64,000 bases of DNA from Microcoleus sp. (GTDB taxonomy: Bacteria; Cyanobacteriota; Cyanobacteriia; Cyanobacteriales; Microcoleaceae). Position numbers and translations under genes: made by a program. Below the pieces are notes generated by a model. That model had not been told where the DNA came from. It did not search any database and saw only the letters and a program-made list of their open reading frames with translations. Within the stretch, counting starts at the first letter, position 1, and each line of letters starts with the position of its first letter. The stretch spans positions 1 through 64,000 of the forward strand of contig JAYFMW010000011.1 in NCBI GenBank assembly GCA_042408215.1. The letters run 5' to 3'. Positions 31,708 to 43,129 of this stretch are shown in pieces.

Positions 31708-33145
31708 ATGGGTAACAGAAAAATGACTCCTGACGAAATTCGCCAAAAAATTCAACAAGTCAAGAAACAACGCCTCACTGAATTAGATTTGAGCGATTGT
31801 TCATTAACCGAAATTCCGACCGAGGTGTTTGAGTTGAAATGGCTGAAAACGTTGATTTTAAATATCAACCAACTGACAAGCGTACCAGAATCTATCACCC
31901 GTCTTACCAATTTATCCCAACTTAATTTACGTTACAACCAACTGACGAGCGTATCAGAATCTATCACCCGTCTCACCAATTTATCCGAACTTAATTTAAA
32001 TCACAACCAACTGACGAGCGTACCAGAATCTATCGGCCGTCTCACCAATTTATCCCAACTTAATTTAGGTGACAACCAACTGAAGAGCGTACCAGAATCT
32101 ATCACCAGTCTCACCAATTTATCCCAACTTAATTTAAGTTACAACCAACTGAAGAGCGTACCAGAATTTATCACCCGTCTCACCAATTTATCCTATCTTG
32201 ATTTAAGTTCCAACCCACTAAGGAGCGTACCAGAATCTATCACCCGTCTCACCAATTTATCCTATCTTGATTTAAGTTCCAACCCACTAAGGAGCGTACC
32301 AGAATCTATCACCCGTCTCACCAATTTATCCTATCTTGGTTTAAGTTACAACCAACTGACGAGCGTACCAGAACCTATCACCCGTCTCACCAATTTATCC
32401 TATCTTGATTTAGGTAACAACCAACTGACGAGCGTACCAGAATCTATCGGCCGTCTCACCAATTTATCCACACTTGATTTAAGTGAAAACCAACTGACAA
32501 GCGTACCAGAATCTATCACCCGTCTCACCAATTTATCCGCACTTGATTTAAGTTCCAATCAACTGACGAGCGTACCAGAATCTATCGCCCGTCTCACCAA
32601 TTTATCCGAACTTGATTTAAGTTCCAACCAACTGACGAGCGTACCAGAATCTATCACCAGTCTCACCAATTTATCCGTACTTAATTTACGTTACAACGAA
32701 CTGACGAGCGTACCAGAATCTATCGGCCGTCTCACCAATTTATCCCAACTTAATTTAAGTGAGAACCAACTGACGAGCGTACCAGAATCTATCACCCGTC
32801 TCACCAATTTATCCGTACTTGATTTAGGCATCAACGAACTGACGAGCGTACCAGAAACTATCGGCCGTCTCACCAATTTATCCGTACTTGATTTAATTGG
32901 GAACAACGAACTGACGAGCGTGCCAAAATCTATCGGCCGTCTCACCAATTTATCCGCACTTGATTTAAGCAACAACAAACTGACGAGCGTGCCAGAATCT
33001 ATCGGCCGTCTCACCAATCGCTTCAGCCAGACTTGATTTAAGGGACAACCCCCTCAAAGAGCCCCCACTTGAAATTGCGGAAAAAGGTATTAACGCGATC
33101 CGCGAATATTTCCGTCAAAAGCAAGGAGGAGAAGACACCCTCTAG
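31708..33145 (+). pseudogene. Leucine-rich-repeat protein, probably a truncated LRR-Roc-COR (Roco) gene
   Basis: 17 near-identical 23-aa LRRs. After a frameshift at ~33020 it reads LDLRDNPLKEPPLEIAEKGINAIREYF..DTL*EAKLII, the usual LRR-to-Roc junction, but no P-loop follows. Confidence 0.75.
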
Positions 33146-33364
33146 GAAGCCAAATTAATCATTTTTCTCCCTGTGTTGCAGTTTAAGGAAGCTATTAATA
33201 TGGTCAAGGCTATAGTTGAAGCAGCTCAACTCCAATAGTCTTTTAAATCCATGACCTGAAAATGCTCGGCACAGGCTATGTTGCTCTGGTATTTATGAGA
33301 ATTGACTTGGCTGCTGAAAGTGCGATCGCGAATGTCGATCGCACTTTCACTTAATATGTCTGAT

Positions 33365-33393
33365 TTGACATATAATTTAAAAAAACCTAAAAT
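33365..33393 (+). promoter_or_regulatory. Sigma70-like promoter of the RelE-HTH operon
   Basis: TTGACA-N17-TAAAAT ending 4 nt before ATG 33398, implying a leaderless-type transcript. Confidence 0.55.
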
Positions 33394-33397
33394 ATAG

Positions 33398-33739
33398 ATG
33401 GTAGATTCGGAAAGCAAACCCCTTGTCTGGCTTAGTGGGGAAGTAAAAACACCGCCATTTTCTACTGATGCGCGTATTCAAGCCGGATTTCTGCTGCGAA
33501 AGCTACAGGATGGCGAAAGCCTCTCCATGCCATTCTCTCGCCCTATGCCAAGCATCGGAGCTCATTGTCACGAGATCCGTCTAGCAGATTCAGAGACAAA
33601 CAAGGATTGGCGCATCATTTATCGAATTGATGTAGATGCTATTATTATAGTGGATGTATTTAACAAAACCACAAACAAAACACCGGATTCTATAATTGAA
33701 AAATGTAAAAAGCGCTTGAAGCAATACGACCAAATTTAA
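33398..33739 (+). CDS. RelE/ParE (Gp49-like) toxin
   Basis: KPLVWL..EVKTPPFS..AR..AGFLLR.LQ.G, SRPMPSIG..CHEIR, WRIIYRID, FNKTTNKTP. Confidence 0.85.
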   Translation: MVDSESKPLVWLSGEVKTPPFSTDARIQAGFLLRKLQDGESLSMPFSRPMPSIGAHCHEIRLADSETNKDWRIIYRIDVDAIIIVDVFNKTTNKTPDSIIEKCKKRLKQYDQI

Positions 33740-33761
33740 ATTGATATCAGGAAGGTATTTT

Positions 33762-34082
33762 ATGGACACAGCTAAACGCCAACGCTTAGAAGCAGCAGGA
33801 TGGACAATCGGGACAGTAGAGGAATTTCTCGGACTTTCACCAGAAGAAACAGCCTTCATAGAAATGAAACTTGCACTGAGTAAAGCCATCAAACAAAACC
33901 GGATTAACCAACAGATGACCCAACACGATCTTGCCCAGAAAATTAAGTCTAGCCAGTCAAGAGTTGCTAAAATGGAAGCTGGCGATCCTTCCGCTTCCAT
34001 CGATCTGCTGATTCGCACCTTGCTTACTTTTGGTGCTACACGCCAAGACATTGCTGAGGTAATTCTTAACAGTGGTTCCTGA
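33762..34082 (+). CDS. XRE HTH antitoxin
   Basis: KRQRLEAAGW..GTVEEFLGL, TQHDLAQKIKSSQSRVAKME. Confidence 0.85.
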   Translation: MDTAKRQRLEAAGWTIGTVEEFLGLSPEETAFIEMKLALSKAIKQNRINQQMTQHDLAQKIKSSQSRVAKMEAGDPSASIDLLIRTLLTFGATRQDIAEVILNSGS

Positions 34083-34145
34083 CAAATATCTCATTTTAAT
34101 TGAATTAGTCAAAGTACGATCGCCCTTAAATCACTTACAACAAAT

Positions 34146-34472
34146 ATGAGCATTAACGATAAACTTAAGAACATACTGATGCAACTCCGATCGCACTTCG
34201 AGCAACTTTACGACAGCCGCCTTGTCACAATGGTACTCTACGGTTCCCAAGCGCGAGGCGACGCACGCCCCGACTCAGATATAGATATTTTAGTCGTCCT
34301 CAAAGGGCAAGTCAATCCAGGCGAAGAAATTAAAAAAACCAGTCACATTCGAGCCGATTTGTCACTCCAAAATGATGAAGTCATTAGCTGTCTGTTTATG
34401 GATGAACAGCGATTTACGCACTACAACGGGCCTTTATTGAGGAATATTCGTAAAGAGGGAATAGCTTTATGA
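34146..34472 (+). CDS. Minimal nucleotidyltransferase (MNT) antitoxin
   Basis: LYGSQARGD...SDIDILVV. Confidence 0.88.
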   Translation: MSINDKLKNILMQLRSHFEQLYDSRLVTMVLYGSQARGDARPDSDIDILVVLKGQVNPGEEIKKTSHIRADLSLQNDEVISCLFMDEQRFTHYNGPLLRNIRKEGIAL

Positions 34473-34876
34473 AACCAGAACAATTAGACTTACTACTGAA
34501 AGCTCGTCAAAGTCTATCGGCGGCAAAGCTATTACTAAATAATGGTTTCCCAGACTATGCCACATCTCGCGCTTATTATGCCATGTTTTACATTGCTGAG
34601 GCCTTTTTAGATGGCGAAGAAATGTCATTTTCCAGTCATGCCGCAGTGATTGGAGCTTTCGGTCGAGAATTTGCCCGTACAGGAAGAGTTCCTGTTGAGT
34701 TTCACAGATTTTTAATCGATGCTCAAGACTTGCGAAATAGTGGGGATTACGGGGGACTTGATACTGTCACTGTCGAGCAAGCTGCGGAGCAAATTAACTG
34801 CGGTGAGCAATTTCTCGAATTAGCTGAAAATGCGATCGGCACTTTACCGCAAACACGTCAATCGGATAGCCTCTAG
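34469..34876 (+). CDS. HEPN domain protein (MNT-HEPN pair)
   Basis: SRAYYAMFY, FSSHAAVIGAF, R..GDY; ATGA overlap with MNT. Confidence 0.85.
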   Translation: MKPEQLDLLLKARQSLSAAKLLLNNGFPDYATSRAYYAMFYIAEAFLDGEEMSFSSHAAVIGAFGREFARTGRVPVEFHRFLIDAQDLRNSGDYGGLDTVTVEQAAEQINCGEQFLELAENAIGTLPQTRQSDSL

Positions 34877-35073
34877 ATCCCCCCTAACCCCCCTTAACAA
34901 GGGGATTAGGGGGTGGGACAAGAGCATTCAAAGCCCCTCTTAAAAAGGGGTGAAATGGATTTCAAAGTCCCCCTTCTTAAGGGGGATTTAGGGGGATCGA
35001 GACTCGACTACAAACGAGATTGATCAAGGGTTTAGACTTAATTTGACACCAATGGGAACACCGCCCCTACAAA

Positions 35074-36510
35074 TTAATGACTACCCGCCCCAGCCGCCCG
35101 CTTAAACGCCTCATCCAACACTTCCGAAAGCGTCGGGTGAGTGTGCACTCGGAATGCTAAAGTATGAACAGAATCCCGTTGCGCGATCGCATTTGCCGCC
35201 TCCTGAATCAAATCCGAAGCGTGCAAACCGAAAATGTGAACTCCCAACAACTCCCCCGTATCCTTCCGGTAAATCACCTTAGCCATACCATCAGTTTCCC
35301 CTTCAGCAATAGCCTTAGAATTTCCCTTAAAATAACTCTTGACAGAAGCTACCTCAAACCCTTCAGCTTTTCCTAACTCCTTAGCCGCCGGTTCCGTCAT
35401 CCCCACATAGCTAATTTCCGGGTGAGTAAACGCCGCCGCCGGGATGCTCAAATAGTCAATTTCCCGATCGCGCCCGCAGATATTTTCCACCGCAGCAATA
35501 CCCTGAGCAGACGCAGAATGAGCTAACATCATCTTGCCATTAACATCGCCGATCGCCCACAAATGCTTGACCGGTTCTCCCCCAGCCAAAACCTGCATCT
35601 TATCGTTAACCGGGATATAACCACGCATCGTTTCCACACCCGCAGTTTCTAAGCCCAAATTCTTACTGACAGGAACTCGGCCAGTCGCTACCAAACAAGC
35701 ATCTACTTCCAAAACTTCGACAATTTCCTTAGTTTTGAAATCAGCTAATTCAATAATTACCGGCGAACCAGGAGTAATCTTCTTCGCCAAAACACCCACT
35801 TTCGTTTCAATATCGCGAGGTGTAATTAACACCCGTTCTGCTAACTTAGCAATATCTGGGTCAAAAGTTGGCATTAATTGATCTAATGCCTCAATCATCG
35901 TGATTTCACAGCCCAATGCAGTGTAAATATCGGAAAATTCCAAACCGATATAGCCGCTACCAATAATTGCGATCCACTTCGGTAGGGATTCCAATCTGAC
36001 AGCATCGTCGCTAGTAAACACAGTTTTGCCGTCAATTTCTATCCCCGGAGGGACAAAAGGAATTGAACCGGGAGCGAGAATAATATCCTTGGCCGTAATC
36101 GTTTTCTCGCCTTTGTCGGTTTCGATGGTAATTTTTTGAGAACCGGCGATTTTACCCCAGCCTTGGATGATATCGACATTCAAACGTTTGAGGCTGTTGG
36201 TCAAGTCGCCACGCAGTTTGCTGACAATGGTGTTAGCATGATTGGCGATCGCTCCTCGATCGAAATCCACACTCCCCAACTGAATCCCCAAAGTCTTAAG
36301 GTGGTGAGCATTCCGCAAATCCCGCACCCGCCCCGAAGCCGCCAGCAGCGCCTTAGAGGGAATACAGCCCCGGTTGACGCAAGTTCCCCCCATGTCGCCC
36401 GCTTCGATTATTGCCACTTTCAGCCCGCAGCTAACGGCGTGGATGGCCGCCCCGTGTCCGCCGACGCCGGCGCCGATAATTGCTAAATCGTAATCAAATC
36501 CCTGAGTCAC
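35074..36510 (-). CDS. lpdA: Dihydrolipoyl dehydrogenase
   Basis: [35 protein letters not shown]. Confidence 0.96.
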   Translation of the reverse strand: MTQGFDYDLAIIGAGVGGHGAAIHAVSCGLKVAIIEAGDMGGTCVNRGCIPSKALLAASGRVRDLRNAHHLKTLGIQLGSVDFDRGAIANHANTIVSKLRGDLTNSLKRLNVDIIQGWGKIAGSQKITIETDKGEKTITAKDIILAPGSIPFVPPGIEIDGKTVFTSDDAVRLESLPKWIAIIGSGYIGLEFSDIYTALGCEITMIEALDQLMPTFDPDIAKLAERVLITPRDIETKVGVLAKKITPGSPVIIELADFKTKEIVEVLEVDACLVATGRVPVSKNLGLETAGVETMRGYIPVNDKMQVLAGGEPVKHLWAIGDVNGKMMLAHSASAQGIAAVENICGRDREIDYLSIPAAAFTHPEISYVGMTEPAAKELGKAEGFEVASVKSYFKGNSKAIAEGETDGMAKVIYRKDTGELLGVHIFGLHASDLIQEAANAIAQRDSVHTLAFRVHTHPTLSEVLDEAFKRAAGAGSH

Positions 36511-36917
36511 CTGATTCTCCTAGTGTTATTTCTCATCTGAGGACTTAAGCAAAAATACCGTATTTCCGTCATTTCAAGCTGGTACATGGCGATCGCAATC
36601 CTGGAATAGGTGCGATCCTGGCATAAGTCCCGATCCTTATTTTCGACTAGACTAGGATGAATTAGACAAATTTAACCAGTAACTGAGATTTTTTAGAGTC
36701 GATGGTTTGGGGTTTGCTATGTATAAATTCTCAAGTAGGCGGGCGTTAAGCTAAGTAGGGTTTAGGGGCGAGCATTGTCTGGTGGGACTTCTGCATTCGG
36801 TTATTCCCTTTTTTGGCTCCGCTTGTTGCTTTTAATCAGGTTTTTGGGTCTAATATCTGTAAGCTTTGGGAGCTCGCAGAGTTTGCTTGCAATTTTTACG
36901 GTCTTATGGAGTGGTTT

Positions 36918-37184
36918 ATGATGGAAGACGACGACCAGAAAGATTCACGCCGGGCCTCGGCTCAATCATTTTTTGAGTCCCTTGATGAATTGTTCGATTA
37001 TATAGAAGCCAGCAGCAGTCAACCAGCGCAGCCTAAATCTCCACCGCCTCAACCCTTGCCTTCTAGTCCGCCGCAGAAGGCTAAACCTGCGAAAATTAAT
37101 TTGTCGGATTTTGAAGATGCGATCGCCGATTTGGAACAGTTTATCCAGAAAAAACACCAGAAACGCCCGGAATCTAAGGAATAG
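36918..37184 (+). CDS. Hypothetical protein
   Basis: RRASAQSFFESLDEL...FEDAIADLEQF; GGAG upstream. Confidence 0.65.
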   Translation: MMEDDDQKDSRRASAQSFFESLDELFDYIEASSSQPAQPKSPPPQPLPSSPPQKAKPAKINLSDFEDAIADLEQFIQKKHQKRPESKE

Positions 37185-37330
37185 TGTTGGTAGTTTCTCA
37201 GGACTTAGGCAGGCACACTACATACATATAGTGTGCCTTCACAAATACAAACGTTACTAATTAACGCCAATATTCACTCAAAAGTTGTTTCGGAATTATT
37301 ATTAGCCGAAATTAGGAGACTGCACCTGCC

Positions 37331-37535
37331 CATTGGTGTCAACTTAAGCCTGAAAGCCCTGAGAAATCTGGTTTTTACCTGAGTCTAGATCCCCCTAAAT
37401 CCCCCTTAAGAAGGGAGTAGGGGGTGACTTTGATCGGACTCCTGTCCCCCCCGACCTAAGGGGGGTTAGGGGGGATCTGGCCTTAATCGTCAAACAGTAG
37501 TCTGTGACAGGGTTTGGCCTTAAGTTGACACCAAT
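37331..37535. mobile_element. ~200-bp MITE family 2 (TIR CATTGGTGTCAACTTAAG), copy 1
   Basis: TIRs at both ends, flanked by duplicated TGCACCTGCC; internal CCCCC/GGGGG hairpin core. Confidence 0.8.
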
Positions 37536-37635
37536 TGCACCTGCCGTGTCCCTACAATATTATTTTGGGTAGGGAAACGGCATTGCCGTCTCCTCAATTA
37601 GCCGGTCAGCAAAAATCAGGACACTCAAGCGTGCC

Positions 37636-37832
37636 CATTAGTGTCAACTTAAGCCTGAAACCCTTGGTATATCTCGCTTTTACCTAAGTCTAGATCCCCC
37701 TAAATCCCCCTTAAGAAGGGGGACTTTGAAAAGACTCCTGTCCCCCCCTTCTTAAGGGGGGCTAGGGGGGATCTAGATTTAATAGTCAAACAACAGTCTA
37801 TGACTGGGTTTGACCTTAAGTTGACACCTATG
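37636..37832. mobile_element. MITE family 2, copy 2
   Basis: CATTAGTGTCAACTTAAG...CTTAAGTTGACACCTATG. Confidence 0.78.
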
Positions 37833-37871
37833 GGCTCCTGGAGTGTCCCTACAATTTTCACAAAGAGTAAA

Positions 37872-40100
37872 TTAGGGAACAGATTTACTATTTATTGCTT
37901 TATTTTTGGGCTTTGACTGCTGAGGTAATCGACGCGATCGCACTTCGAGAGACCCCTCGGCGATCGCACTTAAAGGCATCTCCAATTCATCAAGATCGTT
38001 GCGAAACTTCACCGCAATGTCAGCACCATTAATAATCGCTCCCAACAGCCGCGGCCCCGATTTATGGGACTCGTCCTCATCGGATTCCAGCAACTGATCG
38101 GCCGCTTCGGACAACATACTAGATAGAGTGTAACCAGGCCGCGCCACCAAAATCATACCGTCAGTATAAGGTTCCAAAGTCAGCGCGTCATTGCATTCGC
38201 TCAACGCCGGAGAATCCACAACCACAAAATCAAACCGATTGCGAACATCCTCGAACAGCCTCCGCATTTCGCTCGATTCGAGCACAGCAGACGCCTGTCG
38301 CAAAAAGCCCGGACTCGCTACGACGTATAGGTTTTCTACGTCGGGAACCAAACGGACGCACTCGCTGATATTGCTGTAATAGTGCAAAGGTTCCACCGCC
38401 GCCAGAGGATCGGCGGCGATTCTCAAAGATTCAACCTGAGAAGCCGATCGCAAATCTGCTTCAATTAACAAAGTCCGTTTACCCGATCGAGCCGACGCAA
38501 TTGCCAAATTGTAAGCACTAAATGTTTTCCCCTCGGAATCAGCCGCCGAAGTCAGCAACACCACCTTGACCGGTTTGTCCCCAATCCGACGTAAATTAGT
38601 GCGTAGCCGCTCGTAAAATTCCAAATAGGGAGAATTGGCATCCAGGGCGATCGGCATCTCTTCCCCGTAGTCAAACACCAACACTTCCGGTAACACACCC
38701 AATATCGGCACCTCCTTTTCCACCAAAGCCGCCCGCACTTCTTCCCAACTGTAAAACCTGCCGTTGAGCATCCCCAGCAAAAATATCAACCCGCCGCCCA
38801 ACAGCACTCCCACAAATCCCCCCACCGCCAGCATCACCGGCAAACCTCTCTTGTTTGATTCCACGTCATCAGTTTTTGGAAGTTGGGCGATGGTCAAACT
38901 ACCTGTCGTCTCCACTACCCCCATTTCAGCGTCTACCAAAGCCGACTGCATTCTATCGTAGAAAGATTTTTTGAGCGCTACTTGCTGCGCCAACCGCGCT
39001 TGTTCCAATTGCTTGTTGGGAATTGCTGCGTGTTCCCGGCGCAATGCTTGTTCGGTTTTCTCAACTCCTTTGAGTTGCTGTTGCACCATTTCCCGCTGGG
39101 TTTGCAAAGAAATCAAATTTTGGGCTAACTGCTGTCTGGCCGGATCTAAAGCAGAATCTACCCGAATGCGATCGGCGCTTCTGAGGGGAGCCGCCACCCC
39201 GTTACCGCCGAGCACCTCAGATTGCCGCTGCTGCAACTGTTGCTCAAAAGCCTGTTTTTGTTTGAGCAATTCGACAATTTTCGGGTGTTCTTCCTGCAAG
39301 TCACTGCGGAGAATTTTGAGCTGAGATTCGATCGAAAATAGTTGCACTCGCAATTGTGCAATAATTGGATCGGCAGAGAGTGCTTGAGCGACGTAAGCTT
39401 GATCCACATTCAATCCCAAGCGATCCTGCAAGCTGTTAATTTGAGCTTCAATTCCTCCCAACTGCAATCGCAGTTGCCGTTGCTGCTGTTCGCTGCTGGC
39501 AATCGCTTGCGGCAAAGCACCGCTCTGAGCTGCTAAAATAGAGGTTCCTTCTCGTTTTTCGTAGGCTTCAAGTTTTTCTTCTGTCTCTCTGAGTTCCTGA
39601 GTTACTTTTGGCAAACGCTGGTTAATTTGGGCGATCGTCTCACGCAGTCTAGAAGTATTAATTGTTTGGCTGCGCTCCACCATTTCTCTCATCAGTGCCT
39701 CTACTACGGCTTCTGCTTTTTTGCGATCGGCATTTTTGTATAATACTTGAATCAAAGCGCTGGGGTCATTATTCTTACTCGGCATCTTTACTTTCACATC
39801 ATCAGCCAGCTTTTTGGCAGAGATTTTTAGTTTTGTCGCTGCTGCTTCAATTACCTTTTTATCGAGCAGCATATCTTTAGTTATTTCTTGTCCTTCCTGT
39901 TGAATTTTAGTAGTAGTAGATGAAAAAATTACCGCTGGGCGGCGGTAGCTCAGCGTGCCTGCGGCGACGTAAACCGGCGGCTGAGTTGGCTGCATAGCCA
40001 CTACTCCCGACACGCCGACAGTAACAGCAAGAGTAGCCAAGCCCACCAACTTATATTGGTCGAAAGCAATTAAATAACGTTTAACAACTGATAAAGTCAT
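37872..40100 (-). CDS. Polysaccharide co-polymerase / tyrosine autokinase (Wzc/GumC-like)
   Basis: 2 TM, coiled coil, Walker A-like SAADSEGKT, IEADLR, VVVDSP. Confidence 0.88.
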   Translation of the reverse strand: MTLSVVKRYLIAFDQYKLVGLATLAVTVGVSGVVAMQPTQPPVYVAAGTLSYRRPAVIFSSTTTKIQQEGQEITKDMLLDKKVIEAAATKLKISAKKLADDVKVKMPSKNNDPSALIQVLYKNADRKKAEAVVEALMREMVERSQTINTSRLRETIAQINQRLPKVTQELRETEEKLEAYEKREGTSILAAQSGALPQAIASSEQQQRQLRLQLGGIEAQINSLQDRLGLNVDQAYVAQALSADPIIAQLRVQLFSIESQLKILRSDLQEEHPKIVELLKQKQAFEQQLQQRQSEVLGGNGVAAPLRSADRIRVDSALDPARQQLAQNLISLQTQREMVQQQLKGVEKTEQALRREHAAIPNKQLEQARLAQQVALKKSFYDRMQSALVDAEMGVVETTGSLTIAQLPKTDDVESNKRGLPVMLAVGGFVGVLLGGGLIFLLGMLNGRFYSWEEVRAALVEKEVPILGVLPEVLVFDYGEEMPIALDANSPYLEFYERLRTNLRRIGDKPVKVVLLTSAADSEGKTFSAYNLAIASARSGKRTLLIEADLRSASQVESLRIAADPLAAVEPLHYYSNISECVRLVPDVENLYVVASPGFLRQASAVLESSEMRRLFEDVRNRFDFVVVDSPALSECNDALTLEPYTDGMILVARPGYTLSSMLSEAADQLLESDEDESHKSGPRLLGAIINGADIAVKFRNDLDELEMPLSAIAEGSLEVRSRRLPQQSKPKNKAINSKSVP

Positions 40101-40104
40101 AAAG

Positions 40105-40405
40105 ATTTTAGATTTTAGATTTTAGATTTTAGATTATTGACTGTTGACTGTTGACTGTTGACTGTTGACTGTTGACTGTTGACTGTTGACTGTTGACTGT
40201 TAATCGTTGACTGTTGACTGTTGACTGTTGACTGTTAATCGTTGACTGTTAATCGCTGACTTTAAGTACATCATAACCAATAACCAATAACCAATAACCA
40301 ATAACCAATAACCAATAACCAATAACCAATAACCAATCAACCAATAACCAATAACCAATAACCAATAACCAATAACCAAGAACCAATAACCAATCAACTA
40401 ATAAC
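40105..40405. repeat. STRR heptamer tracts (TTTTAGA, CTGTTGA, TAACCAA)
   Basis: Direct 7-bp tandem runs; similar tracts at 2190, 12470, 13308, 23855 and 51494. Confidence 0.9.
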
Positions 40406-40425
40406 CCAGAACAAATCACTAATAA

Positions 40426-42010
40426 CTACTTGCCAGAAGGAGTAGGTCCGAACAGATTTGTCACCCCATTTCTCAACTGCTCAAAGAACAAAATAAACCC
40501 CAAAATATCGCGGAACGGTCGAGTAAAACTATTAACTGCATAACCAATCCGCTCGACGAGATTCCGACCAATAACAATCACATCATTATCTTGCAGCATT
40601 GGGTTCTGAGAAACATTTCCCTCCAGAGCGGCTTTGGCATCTAATTTCTGGTTGATAGCTCTACCTTGCTTTTGGTCGAACCGAATTAGGGCAATGTGCC
40701 GCAAATCAGCAACATTCACAGGTAAGTTGTTGAGAGCATCCAAAAATGTACTGCCATTTTCTATGTAGAAAGAGGTCAAACCACCACTAGCGTAACTCAA
40801 AACTCGAACGTAGATCCGAGGTTTAATCAGAGTAGAGCGCGAAACCAGAGTCTTGTCGTAGTCTAGGTTTTTGCTAGTAGTATCCAGTTCTGGAATAATA
40901 ATCGCATCTCCAGAAGCTAGGGGGAAATCAAACAAGTCCCTAGCAAAGGCTAGCGGGAGTGTAAAGGTCGATGGGTTCCTCCACAGACTGGCCGTTTACC
41001 AGCGTCCGCCGCACCCGTACCGCCCGCAAATCAGCTTTTCCCGTTACTCCCCCCGCAGCCACCAAAGCCGCAGAAATTCGACCAGTACCAGCCGCAAGTG
41101 TGTAAAAACCCGGTTTGCTGACTTCTCCGGTGACAGTGACTTGGACGGCGGTAGTGGCCGCAGCTAGGCTATACCTGGATGCTAAATCTTGATCCGATTT
41201 GCGATCGGGCGTAGCCTGTTGATAAGGCACAACGATCGCATCTCCGTCCTCTAAGCGCAAATCCGGGGGAGAAATCCCAGTTTGCAGCGGTGTCAAAATG
41301 TCAACAATTTGCTCAGCAACAGCGCCGGAGGGCAGTGTCCGCCGCACCCGCACCGCCCGCAGTTGGGCCGTAGGAGTAGTACCGCTGGCTGCTGCTAGGG
41401 CGGCAGGGAGTTGGGGAGTTTGTAGGGGATAAAAACCGGGTCTGGCCACTTCTCCCGTCACCGTCACGACTACGGGGCGCTGAACTAGCAGGGAGGCGAA
41501 GACTTGCGGATTTTTGATAAATTGGGCGAAGCGTTCGCGGAGGCGCTGCTGTGCTTCTTCGACGGTGAGGCCGCGCAAATTTACTGTTCCAATCAGCGGT
41601 AGTACAACTATACCTTCGGGGCTGATAGCACCTGTAAAATTTAGCTCTGGGAAGCGCTGAACTTGAATCGCAATCTGGTCTCCAGGTCCAAGTCGATAAG
41701 GTCGATTGCGGAATTCTGGATTGATCGATCGGGCCGGCCATACCTGTGACCCTGGTGGAGGCGGTACGGGGAGTTTTGGGGGCGGTATCAGCAGTTCGGA
41801 ACTGGGAATCACAGGTTGGGCTAAAGTCTTTTGAGGAAAAACTTTCTCGTTGAAACCCCAAAATATAGCAGTAAAAGATAGAGTCCAAACAGTTGAGTAA
41901 AGACCTACCAGGGAAAAAGCAACACAATTTTTACTGGTGGATTTTCTCCCATTTTTGAGGGGATAAAAAATCCTAATATTTTCAACAGTTCGCTGGTCTT
42001 TAACTTTCAT
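40426..42010 (-). CDS. Polysaccharide export protein (Wza-like, SLBB domains), with a one-base frameshift at ~40955
   Basis: YRLGPGD, GEVARPG, GEVSKPG, LQDNDVIV. Removing one C from ACTCCCGCTA joins the two ORFs (TPLAFARDLFDFP). Confidence 0.82.
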
Positions 42011-42402
42011 TTCTGCAACTCTCAACTTAAAATGTAGATCTTGAATTCTCAATTAAATCATTTTTTATTGGGGTAATTGTAGCATTTTATGACTTACGCA
42101 CCGACTCTAATTGTAGGGTTCTTTGCACACCGCACCTTACGACTACAGATGCGCGTAAAAATTTAAAACTTGCGTCCAGGAATGATTTCTGGTTCATAAT
42201 TTGTTGGCATTGTCACTATTTTATTCGACTGATTCCTGATTCCCTCTTCCTGATTCCTGATTCCCTCTTCCTGATTCCCTCTTCCTGATTCCTGATTCCC
42301 TCTTCCTGATTCCCTCTTCCTGACATCCGTTACATCCGTTAAATCCGTTAAATCCGTTACAGAATCCGTTGCCGAACTTCCCTCTTCCTGATTCCCTCAA
42401 CA

Positions 42403-43125
42403 TCAGAAAGTTTCTGCCATTAATTTAGCCTGGACAATTTCGCCAAGAGATTCGAGGATTGGTTCAGCTATCTTAAGGTCAGCGTCTGGTTGAAGAGGAA
42501 CAATGATATTGACAGCTACCCAGGAGGCGCGGCGGTTCGACAACCTTGCGATGCTGTCTTCCCAAAACCAGCGACTGGGGGCTGGAGAACCGCCGTTCGG
42601 CCAAGCGTACCACTGTACAACGGCAAAGGTTTGTTGGGGAGTCCAGCTTCGGAAAAACTGGGCTTCAACGGTGGGCGGTGGCTGGTTGGGTATTTTTGCT
42701 AATTCAGGCGCTAATTCAACTGTAAACCTCAAAGGGCGATCGGCATCTCTTTGCCACCGATGAAATCCATCGATATCGAGCCATTCTACCTGGGGCTGGT
42801 CTTTTGGGCCATTTTGAGGCAACATTAATAAAATCGCAATTGTTTCAGGATGTTGAATTTCTTTAATTTCTTGAACTAACCACCTGTGACCGCCAATTTG
42901 TACGTTATTCCGAACGCGGATTACCTCCCAGCCGGGAAGTGTCAACCCATTTTGAAGTAAAGTTTTCAGTTGCTTGAGGTTTGTAACAGGTGGCGGGTTT
43001 GTCCAAGGCCACCTTCCTGTCCCATAGCCCGGAATTGCTACGGCCCCAACAAGTACCAGTAAAAACACAATTACGATAATTTTAGAGAATTGGTATCGCC
43101 TCAGTAGCTTGCGTGCTGAAATCAT
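42403..43125 (-). CDS. Cyanoexosortase B system-associated protein
   Basis: Directly downstream of the exosortase; PQVEWLDIDG, TFAVVQWYAWPNGG, WFWED. Confidence 0.82.
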   Translation of the reverse strand: MISARKLLRRYQFSKIIVIVFLLVLVGAVAIPGYGTGRWPWTNPPPVTNLKQLKTLLQNGLTLPGWEVIRVRNNVQIGGHRWLVQEIKEIQHPETIAILLMLPQNGPKDQPQVEWLDIDGFHRWQRDADRPLRFTVELAPELAKIPNQPPPTVEAQFFRSWTPQQTFAVVQWYAWPNGGSPAPSRWFWEDSIARLSNRRASWVAVNIIVPLQPDADLKIAEPILESLGEIVQAKLMAETF

Positions 43126-43129
43126 TTTT

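Noticed and set aside
31857..33020. Diversity-generating retroelement as the source of LRR variation
   Set aside because: No reverse transcriptase or template repeat in the window, and the changes are not adenine-specific.
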